From: Paenibacillus phage Dash
DNA length: 32,000 nt
Direction: 5' to 3' (one strand)
Sequence record: OP503990.1
A program made the position numbers and the translations under genes. The notes beneath the pieces are model-generated. The model did no database searches and was not told the DNA's origin. It worked only from the letters and a program-made list of their open reading frames with translations. This document shows, in pieces, positions 1 to 7,588 of this stretch; within the stretch, counting starts at the first letter, position 1, and every line of letters begins with the position of its first letter.

Positions 1-50
1 CCATCGTTTACACCAAATATAAATTTTTCATGAAGGGGGGGTAACCTGAA

Positions 51-365
51 ATGGCTGTACCAACTGCTAAAAAAATACAGGAATATCTTGGAGATTCGTA
101 CCAGGAGTCCGATGAGGAACTAATAAAACTTTATGTGGAAACTCATCAATTCTATAGAAGGCTTCAAGCTGAAATAAAGAAAACTGATCTTATGTACGAA
201 TACACCAACAAGGGAGGGGCTACAAACCTAGTTAAGAATCCACTTGCAATCGAATTAACTAAAACGGTCCAGACTCTAAATAACTTGTTGAAGTCACTAG
301 GACTGACGCCTGCTCAGCGCAAGAAAGTAGTAGGTGAGGAAGATGACGACTTCGACGACTTCTAA
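51..365 (+). CDS. phage terminase small subunit, P27 family
   Basis: Sequence style (EYLG..YQESDEELI...NPLAIELTKTVQTLNNLLKSLGLTPAQRKKV) and position directly upstream of the large terminase; RBS-like gaaggggggg upstream. Confidence 0.88.
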   Translation: MAVPTAKKIQEYLGDSYQESDEELIKLYVETHQFYRRLQAEIKKTDLMYEYTNKGGATNLVKNPLAIELTKTVQTLNNLLKSLGLTPAQRKKVVGEEDDDFDDF

Positions 366-2067
366 GGGAATTCTTAATGTACTTATTGAGCCTTCTCCTG
401 GTTTACTTACTACTTGGTATGCAGAGCAGGTTGTAGCCAGAAAAATTGTTGCATGTAAAAAAGTTATTCAAGCTTGTGAACGTCACTTAAACGATCTAAA
501 AAAGCAAGGGACCGATGAATTTCCATGGATATTTGACCTAGAAAAAGGTCATCGTCCTATCTCTTTTATAGAGAAATTTTGCAAACCATCCAAAGGAAAG
601 TTCAAACAAATGATCATGCAACCATGGCAGCACTTTATCATTGGCAACCTGTATGGGTGGGTTCATAAAGAAACGGGATTAAGGCGCTTTACGGAGGGTC
701 TTATTTTTATTGCTCGAAAAAACGGCAAATCCGGTCTGGCGTCAGGGTTATCCATCTATGGATGTACAAAAGATGGGGAACGTGGAGCAGATGTTTATGT
801 TTTGGCGAACAGCATGAAACAGGTGCGAAAGACCATCTTCGATGAATGTAAAAAAATGATTAAAGCATCACCTCAACTAAAGAAAAAGCTAAGAGTTTTA
901 AGAGACATCATAGAATTTGAATCAACGAACTCGATCATTGAACCTCAAGCTTCTGATTCCGAAAAATTAGATGGTCTGAACACCCATTTAGCTGTTTTTG
1001 ACGAAATCCACGAATATAAAGATTATGATCTGATTAATATTATCAAAAACTCAACTGATGCAAGAGAACAACCACTTATCCTTTACATTACAACGGCGGG
1101 GTATCAATTGGAAGGACCATTAGTTGAATATTATGAATTGGCAGCAGATGTATTAGATGGAGTTATTACAAATGATCGGACATTTTATTATATTGCAGAA
1201 TTAGATAGTGAAGATGAAATTGAAAACCCTGAAATGTGGATTAAAGCTAACCCAAATTTAGGTGTCACATTCAGTGTTGATAAGCTGAAAGAGGCATGGG
1301 ATAAACGAAAAAATATTCCGAAGGAAAGATTGGACGTTATAGTCAAACGCTTCAACTTATTTGTTAAAGCTAACGAAATGTCTTTTTTAGATTTTGAGAC
1401 AATAAAGAGAAATAATAAGGTAATTGACATCAACACTTTAAAAGGGGCACAGTGCATAGGTGGTTTCGACTTATCCGATTCAGAGGATTTTACAAGCGCT
1501 TGTCTTGAATTCCCTCTCTCTTCTGGAGAGGTATTTGTTCTTTCTCACTCATGGATTCCAGAAAAGAAAGTAAAAGAGAAAAATGAGAATATACCGTATC
1601 GTGAATATGAAAGAATTGGTTTATTAACGATCATTCCAGAAGAATACGTGAAGAAAGAATATATTTACAACTGGTTTGTCGAACAATCAAAACTATACGT
1701 AATAGAAAAAATCGCTTATGATCCTGCGAAGGCTTACAGATTGGTTGAAGATTTGAAAGCATACGGATTTCAAACCGAAGTAGTCAGACAAGGAGCATTA
1801 ACTTTAGGTCCTGCGGTTGACGATGTAAAAGAACTATTTAAAGACGGGAAGGTAATATTCAACAATAATCGTTTATTTCGTTGGTATATCAACAATGTAA
1901 AAATAAAACCAGATGGGAATAAAAACAATTTACCTCAAAAACAAGGTCGCTACCGTAAAATAGACGGTTTTGCGGCCTTTTTGAATGCCCATACGGAAGT
2001 TATGAAAAAACTGGCTATTGGTCCCCAAGAGGAATTGCCTATTGAGGAAATGCTAGTACGGTGGTGA
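334..2067 (+). CDS. phage terminase large subunit
   Basis: TerL features: PWQHFIIGNLYGW, IARKNGKSGLASGLSIYG (Walker A-like), HLAVFDEIHEYKD (Walker B), ITTAG; C-terminal nuclease-like segment. Confidence 0.96.
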   Translation: MRKMTTSTTSKGILNVLIEPSPGLLTTWYAEQVVARKIVACKKVIQACERHLNDLKKQGTDEFPWIFDLEKGHRPISFIEKFCKPSKGKFKQMIMQPWQHFIIGNLYGWVHKETGLRRFTEGLIFIARKNGKSGLASGLSIYGCTKDGERGADVYVLANSMKQVRKTIFDECKKMIKASPQLKKKLRVLRDIIEFESTNSIIEPQASDSEKLDGLNTHLAVFDEIHEYKDYDLINIIKNSTDAREQPLILYITTAGYQLEGPLVEYYELAADVLDGVITNDRTFYYIAELDSEDEIENPEMWIKANPNLGVTFSVDKLKEAWDKRKNIPKERLDVIVKRFNLFVKANEMSFLDFETIKRNNKVIDINTLKGAQCIGGFDLSDSEDFTSACLEFPLSSGEVFVLSHSWIPEKKVKEKNENIPYREYERIGLLTIIPEEYVKKEYIYNWFVEQSKLYVIEKIAYDPAKAYRLVEDLKAYGFQTEVVRQGALTLGPAVDDVKELFKDGKVIFNNNRLFRWYINNVKIKPDGNKNNLPQKQGRYRKIDGFAAFLNAHTEVMKKLAIGPQEELPIEEMLVRW

Positions 2068-2085
2068 TTGAAAGGGGGTGACTGA

Positions 2086-3345
2086 ATGTGGTTCATAGAC
2101 AAAATAAAAGGAGTCTTTGAGACGAGAAGTAAGCCCGTAGACCAACCCCAAACAAATACTTTGCCTATTGTAATGGGAAAAAGTGCAGATACGAGTAGGA
2201 CAAACTCTTCGATTATATTCGGAGCTTTGAACCTAATCTCTAATGCTGTTGCACGGGCACCGATTAGGCATCTTATTGGGTATGAAAAAATAGAAAATGA
2301 CGATCTTTCTTTTCTTCTTAATGTAAGGCCGAATGACTATATCACCGCCATGAGATTCTGGCAAAAAATCGTCTATGACTTGATTTGGCATGGTAATGGT
2401 TATGCTTACATTATTCGAGATCGATTCGGTCAAGCAATCGCATTTAAAGAGCTTAATAAAGAACAAGTACAAGTAAAACAGGCTAATGGCCTTTATTTTT
2501 ATTATGTCACATTCACAGAAAATCAATTTGACAATCAACCTACGATGTTGGTGGAGAGCAAAGATATACTCCATTTTCGCGGGCAAAAACGAAATGACTT
2601 TTTCGGTGTTGGGGCCTATGACACATTGATCAGTACGATTATGCAAAATGACGAAAACAAACAAACGTACATGGACCTAAGCAAAAAAGCGGCTAAAATC
2701 GCAGGGACAATGGAATTCCCTGCACAAATGAATGTGGAATTAATCAAAAAGCATATGCAGCTTATTTCCGAAGTTCTAAGTCAAGGGGATAATGCGCTCC
2801 TGCCACTGCAGCCAGGCATGAAATTCAATGAAACCAAGCCATCAACAGCCAATCTGTTAGTGTTTGATCTGTTCAAAATGACCCTACAGGAAATTGCTAC
2901 TGCCTTGAATGTTCCGCCACATATGTTGGGGGATGTGAGTGGTTCTGCAGATGTAGAACAACTCTATCTTGAGTTTATTTCCATGACTTTGGCTCCTATT
3001 GCTACCGAAATACAACAAGAGTTATCTTTCAAACTGCTCGGGAAAGAAGGTTTCATCAGAAAAGAGAGTCTTGAATTTGATTTAGACGAGCTGATTGTAA
3101 TTGAGTTTTTCAAAAAAGCGCAGGCTCATGACATTCTAATTCGTAACAGCATTTTCACTGTAAATGAATCCAGAAAAGAATTCAAAAACAAGCCAGTTAA
3201 AGGTGGAAACGTACCGTTTATCACTAAAAACTATGCAGGATTAACTGAAATGAGCAATCCGAAGGGAGGTGAACAGAAAAATGGAAAAGGAAATCCGGAC
3301 ATTGGAGGAACAGGCTCTGGAGATCCGGACAGCAGAAGAGAATGA
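2086..3345 (+). CDS. phage portal protein, HK97 family
   Basis: LLNVRPNDYITAMRFWQKIVYDLIWHGNGYAYIIRDRFGQ, GMKFNETKPS, FKMTLQEIATALNVPPHMLGD; position after TerL. Confidence 0.95.
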   Translation: MWFIDKIKGVFETRSKPVDQPQTNTLPIVMGKSADTSRTNSSIIFGALNLISNAVARAPIRHLIGYEKIENDDLSFLLNVRPNDYITAMRFWQKIVYDLIWHGNGYAYIIRDRFGQAIAFKELNKEQVQVKQANGLYFYYVTFTENQFDNQPTMLVESKDILHFRGQKRNDFFGVGAYDTLISTIMQNDENKQTYMDLSKKAAKIAGTMEFPAQMNVELIKKHMQLISEVLSQGDNALLPLQPGMKFNETKPSTANLLVFDLFKMTLQEIATALNVPPHMLGDVSGSADVEQLYLEFISMTLAPIATEIQQELSFKLLGKEGFIRKESLEFDLDELIVIEFFKKAQAHDILIRNSIFTVNESRKEFKNKPVKGGNVPFITKNYAGLTEMSNPKGGEQKNGKGNPDIGGTGSGDPDSRRE

Positions 3346-3883
3346 GGGTCCTATATTAACTGGGTATGCAGCAGTGTTTAACAAGCCGGCTCTAATTCGC
3401 GATCGTAGAGGAGATACCTACTATGAAGAAATTGTTCCGGGAGCTTTTAAACGGAGTCTAAGCGGTACTAAAGAAGTATTCGCCTTGCGAAACCATGATT
3501 CTAACGCCCTTTTAGGGTCAACACTTGTAAACCTGAAACTGTGGGAAGATAACTATGGCTTAGGTTTTGAATTAAGAAAGGCTGGAACACCGGACTTTGA
3601 AAATGCTTATGCAGCAGTTAAAAGTAAATTGTTACGGTATTGTTCTTTTGGATTTAACGTAGCCAAAGGCGGAGAAAAATGGTCGGTGCGAAACAAAATA
3701 CCCTACAGGCGCATTACAGATGTAAATCTAGGTGAAATTTCACTTACTCACATACCGGCTTATTCACAGACATCCGTTGAAGTCAGAAGTATTGTTTTGA
3801 ATGATTCAGAAGATGATATTGAAAAAGAAAGGCAACAAAGATGGAATGAATTAATAAAAAAATATATACAAGAAGGGAAATGA
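3281..3883 (+). CDS. HK97 family prohead protease
   Basis: GPILTGYAAVFNKPA...EEIVPGAFKRSL...LRNHDSNALLGST; the ORF track starts at 3269 but an ATG at 3281 fits better; overlaps the portal 3' end. Confidence 0.92.
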   Translation: MEKEIRTLEEQALEIRTAEENEGPILTGYAAVFNKPALIRDRRGDTYYEEIVPGAFKRSLSGTKEVFALRNHDSNALLGSTLVNLKLWEDNYGLGFELRKAGTPDFENAYAAVKSKLLRYCSFGFNVAKGGEKWSVRNKIPYRRITDVNLGEISLTHIPAYSQTSVEVRSIVLNDSEDDIEKERQQRWNELIKKYIQEGK

Positions 3884-5079
3884 AGTATATGTCAATGAGT
3901 CTTAAAGCTTATGAGAGTTATGTACAAAACAAGCAAGCCCTTGAAGAGATCCGTTCAACTATTGATAGACTGAGAGAAGAAACACGGGCTGCTGTAATGG
4001 CAAATCAAATGGAACAAGCCGATGAGTTAGATAATAAACTGCAAAACGAGCAGAGAAGGGCTGAATTTTTTCAGCGCCAAGTTACTGAATATGAACAAGA
4101 GGCGGAATACCAAGCTTCTAGAAAAAGAGAATCACATGAATCTAGTGACTTAGAAACCCGAAACATTCACAATTTCCTGCGTTTTGTAACAGCAGATGAG
4201 TCAAATAAACAAGAAGTGATGTCTAGTTACTCGGAAAGCCGTTCTGCCCTTGGTTATGGTGATGGCGTTGATAAAATCGTACCCAAAACCTTTTTGAACG
4301 AAATTGAAGCTAAGGCCAAAACAATTAATCCCTTATTGAATCATATTCGGATGACAGCTTTACCCAACCTTACTGTGCCTGCTATAAATAAGAAATCAAG
4401 TGCTGAAAACAATGGAATGCTGAGTAATGATAAATCAAACAACGCTATTGTAGATCTTGCACCTAACTCAATTAATTTTGGTGCTTTTGAGTTTGCCGTA
4501 GAAACAGAATTAACAAAAACATTGGTACAAACGTCTCTAACTGAGACGCAAGTTGAACTTCGTGAACAATTGGGAGAAGAGTTTGCTCTAGCTACATTAG
4601 CTGCTATGTTTGGTACTGGACAAGCTCATATGAATTTCTTCACACAAGTTTCTGCTGTAGTAGATGGATCAAAGAATGCTGTCGATGCTTTATATAAGGC
4701 ATATTTTGGACTCAAAGCAAAATACAGACCTAACGCTAAGATTGCTATGAACCCTATTACATTTGCTTTAAAAATCTTACCTTATCAAGATAAATCCAAT
4801 AACAGTAAAAATATTGATTTTATTCGGGAACGTGTGGTTCTCGTGGATGATATTCCTGAGGATAAAGCAGTGGTTGGTGACTTTATGCGGTATCATTTTA
4901 ACTTTAACCGTCCGCTGGAATTAGAATCCGAGTATAAAGCATCTCCTAACCGCAGATACCATTTTGTCCTTAGCAGCTCCTACGATGCACAATTTAGGCA
5001 GACTGAAGCATTCCAAATTGTTAATTTTGCTGGTGCTTCGACCCCTCCTGCTCCTGCTGGCGACGCAACGAAGAAGTAA
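3880..5079 (+). CDS. HK97-fold major capsid protein with N-terminal coiled-coil scaffold (delta) domain
   Basis: N-terminal coiled coil, then TFLNEIEAKAKTINPLLNHIRMTALPNLTVPA..; AKYRPNAKIAMNPITF; ELESEYKASPNRRYHFVLSSSYDAQFRQTEAFQIV. Confidence 0.93.
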   Translation: MKYMSMSLKAYESYVQNKQALEEIRSTIDRLREETRAAVMANQMEQADELDNKLQNEQRRAEFFQRQVTEYEQEAEYQASRKRESHESSDLETRNIHNFLRFVTADESNKQEVMSSYSESRSALGYGDGVDKIVPKTFLNEIEAKAKTINPLLNHIRMTALPNLTVPAINKKSSAENNGMLSNDKSNNAIVDLAPNSINFGAFEFAVETELTKTLVQTSLTETQVELREQLGEEFALATLAAMFGTGQAHMNFFTQVSAVVDGSKNAVDALYKAYFGLKAKYRPNAKIAMNPITFALKILPYQDKSNNSKNIDFIRERVVLVDDIPEDKAVVGDFMRYHFNFNRPLELESEYKASPNRRYHFVLSSSYDAQFRQTEAFQIVNFAGASTPPAPAGDATKK

Positions 5080-5080
5080 T

Positions 5081-5377
5081 ATGATTACCTTAGAAGAAGT
5101 TAAAACATATATGCGTATTGATAATGAGGACGATGACAGAAAGTTATCGTCCTTGCTTTTTTCTGCTGTATCATATATGAAAAATGCCGTAGGATCTGGT
5201 TTGGATAGTAATGACGAATTGTATAAGTTGGCATGTTGCATGCTGGTTTGTCACTGGTATGAAAATGCGGGCGTAACTGGAAAAGAAGATGTATTACCTT
5301 TGGGGATCAATTCCATTGTTACTCAATTGCAAGGCAAATATGGTGGTGGTACAAGTGAACCCAGGGAAATTAAATAA
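5081..5377 (+). CDS. head-tail connector protein (gp6-like)
   Basis: MITLEEVKTYMRIDNEDDDRKLSSLLFSAVSYMKNAVG; in frame with the ORF called 4964..5377, but an ATG at 5081 right after the capsid stop is the sensible start. Confidence 0.85.
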   Translation: MITLEEVKTYMRIDNEDDDRKLSSLLFSAVSYMKNAVGSGLDSNDELYKLACCMLVCHWYENAGVTGKEDVLPLGINSIVTQLQGKYGGGTSEPREIK

Positions 5378-5672
5378 GAGGATCACGATCAAAAAGCATG
5401 AGCCTACCCCAGATGGCGCAGGAGGGTATGATGACGGGTTTTCAGATGTTGTTACGGTCTGGGCTAACATTAGGCCGTTACGAGGCCGCGAATACTGGCA
5501 GTCCCAGCAAACACAAGCAGAAGTCACACACTCTATCATGATCCGCTATAGAAAGGACATCGACCGCTCACATGTAGTTAGCTACGGTGGGCGGCTCTTT
5601 GATATCCAGCACATCATCAATGTAGATGAAGCGAATCGCACGTTGATCCTTCATTGTGTGGAGAAAATCTAA
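5352..5672 (+). CDS. phage head closure / head-tail adaptor protein
   Basis: NPGKLNKRITIKKHE...DVVTVWANIRPLRGREYWQSQQTQAEVTHSIMIRYRKDI; GTG start at 5352 inside the ORF called 5289..5672. Confidence 0.85.
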   Translation, partial: QVNPGKLNKRITIKKHEPTPDGAGGYDDGFSDVVTVWANIRPLRGREYWQSQQTQAEVTHSIMIRYRKDIDRSHVVSYGGRLFDIQHIINVDEANRTLILHCVEKI

Positions 5673-6100
5673 TGGCGAACATCCAAGTGTTAGGCATACC
5701 AGAGACGGTACGGAAGATTGGACTATTTGAAATGGAAAGAAAACAGGCTGCCATCGTGCTGGTCAAGAAAACCGCAACCGGTATTCAAAAAGAAGGCAAG
5801 AGCTTAGCACCCGCATCTCCTGCCGGCAGAAAGAAATCCAAAGGCAAACCCGGCGATTTGAAAAGGAGCATTCGCCCGAAATATATGGAAGGCGGTCTAG
5901 CCGCGACAGTCGTGCCCAGAAAACCCAAAGGAGCACACCGGCACCTGGTCGAGTATGGCACACGGCAGCGGAAAAATAAAAAGGGCGCAAATCGGGGGAA
6001 AATGCCGAAAAAACCGTTTATGTCTATAGCGGAAAGACATGCCGAAGGCAGGTATAACAAGGAATTGGAGAGGATATTTAACCGTGACGAAACTATATGA
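5672..6100 (+). CDS. HK97 gp10-like head-tail/tail component
   Basis: RKIGLFEMERKQAAIVLVKKTATGIQKE..APASPAGRKKSKGKPGDLKRSIRPKY...HLVEYGTRQRKN...MPKKPFM; position. Confidence 0.82.
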   Translation: MANIQVLGIPETVRKIGLFEMERKQAAIVLVKKTATGIQKEGKSLAPASPAGRKKSKGKPGDLKRSIRPKYMEGGLAATVVPRKPKGAHRHLVEYGTRQRKNKKGANRGKMPKKPFMSIAERHAEGRYNKELERIFNRDETI

Positions 6101-6479
6101 GGTACAAGAGGCCGTATACAGGCGTTTGTCGTGTGATACGGCCTTATCATCTATGGTTAAGGGAATCTTTGACTATGTTCCGGAAAAAACGTTGCCGCCG
6201 TATGTGACGCTTTCTCGTATCTACTCAGAGCCTTTAGATACTAAAACAAGTACGGGCGAGATTGTAACGCTTACCATTGACGTATTTTCTGAAGCGAAAG
6301 GGAAGAAAGAATCAATCAATATTTTGAAACAAATCGAAGCATCTTTAACCCCGGAATTAGAGGTTGAAGGTGCTTTTTTGATGGTTCAATCAGTTGTGAG
6401 CCGTGAGATTCAGGAAATCGCAGAATCACTATATCAGGCAACCATCGAATACAGAATTAAACTAGATTGGAGTGATTAG
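6084..6479 (+). CDS. tail completion / DUF3168-like protein
   Basis: TKLYEVQEAVYRRLSCDTALSSMVKGIFDYVPEKTLPPYVTLSRI..; GTG start at 6084 in frame with the ORF called at 6039. Confidence 0.78.
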   Translation: MTKLYEVQEAVYRRLSCDTALSSMVKGIFDYVPEKTLPPYVTLSRIYSEPLDTKTSTGEIVTLTIDVFSEAKGKKESINILKQIEASLTPELEVEGAFLMVQSVVSREIQEIAESLYQATIEYRIKLDWSD

Positions 6480-6481
6480 AA

Positions 6482-6913
6482 TTGGCGACTAAATTAGCAG
6501 GAATGAAATGCAAGTTGTACGTTGGCAGCGCCAAAGAACAGGGGAAAATTCTTGCAGGTCAACGAAGTGCAACCATCAGCCGAAGTGCTGAGACGATAGA
6601 TGCCACGAGCAAGGATACGGAAGGTTACTGGAAAGAGTCTCTACAAGGGTTCAAAGAGTGGTCTATTGATGCTGACGGCGTGTTTGTAGAAAGTGACCAA
6701 GCGTATAAGGAGCTTGAAGATGCTTGGTTAAATAGTGAAAACGTAAAAATCTACATTGAACTCCCAAGCGGACGCAGATATGCGGGCGAAGCTACCATTA
6801 CAGATGCATCGTTGGAAATGCCTTATGACGACCTTGTGACATATTCGTTAAGCTTCCAAGGTAGTGGAGCCTTACAAATGATCGAAAATATTCCTACAGG
6901 AGGAACGAAATAA
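6482..6913 (+). CDS. major tail tube protein (TP901-1/gpV-like)
   Basis: GMKCKLYVG....ILAGQRSATISRSAETIDATSKDTEGYWKESLQGFKEWSIDADGVFVESDQAYKELEDAW; TTG start. Confidence 0.87.
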   Translation: MATKLAGMKCKLYVGSAKEQGKILAGQRSATISRSAETIDATSKDTEGYWKESLQGFKEWSIDADGVFVESDQAYKELEDAWLNSENVKIYIELPSGRRYAGEATITDASLEMPYDDLVTYSLSFQGSGALQMIENIPTGGTK

Positions 6914-7251
6914 TGAAAAAGGTAACAGAGTTCCACCTGGAGGATGCCGTATATAAAATCCGAATCACGTATTCTACGTTGCTGAAAATGCGTGATGATG
7001 GTATTGACATGATGACAGAACAAGGAGCTGCTGAAATCCAAAAGGACCCTGGCAAACTCGCTAAGATCTTCTGGTACGGGCTGAATGGGGTAAAAGGACA
7101 AGAATATACATTTGAGCAAGCCATGGAAATTTTAGATGATATTCTGTCTGAAATTTATATGGAGGATTTCGTAGAGATCCTTCAAGATTCTATCCAAATT
7201 AAAACGCGACAAGCTGAAGAACATCCAGCAAAAAAAAAGAAAAAGAAATAA
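6913..7251 (+). CDS. tail assembly chaperone (gpG-like), ends in a poly-Lys slippery region
   Basis: YSTLLKMRDDGIDMM...ILDDILSEIYMEDFVEILQDSIQIKTRQAEEHPAKKKKKK*; located between tail tube and tape measure. Confidence 0.85.
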   Translation: MKKVTEFHLEDAVYKIRITYSTLLKMRDDGIDMMTEQGAAEIQKDPGKLAKIFWYGLNGVKGQEYTFEQAMEILDDILSEIYMEDFVEILQDSIQIKTRQAEEHPAKKKKKK

Positions 7252-7277
7252 CGATAGATGAATATTTAGAGCAGTGC

Positions 7278-7532
7278 ATGCAATTTGCTCTGGTTGATCT
7301 ACATTTATCAATGCGTGATTTTCTTGATTTAACACCTTGGGATCTCCATTTACTAATAGACCGGCATTTTGAAAAGATGAAAGAAGATGCCCAACTTTTA
7401 AGAAATGTAATCGTAAACGCTGAAGTGAATGTAAATAGGAAGAAAGGTACTGGTGAAATACCTCTGTTTGAGGAAAACAGAAAAATGACCATAGAAGAAA
7501 AAATTGAAGAGCGAAAAGAATTGTTCGGATAG
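7278..7532 (+). CDS. tail assembly chaperone downstream part (gpT-like), probably made by -1 frameshift from the upstream gene
   Basis: ALVDLHLSMRDFLDLTPWDLHLLIDRHFEK; the frame is open through 7233..7277 and is -1 relative to 6913..7251. Confidence 0.8.
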   Translation: MQFALVDLHLSMRDFLDLTPWDLHLLIDRHFEKMKEDAQLLRNVIVNAEVNVNRKKGTGEIPLFEENRKMTIEEKIEERKELFG

Positions 7533-7588
7533 GTGTGCATGTTTGCACGCCTATTTTTTATGCCCGGAAAGTGGGGTGAAGAAATGAA

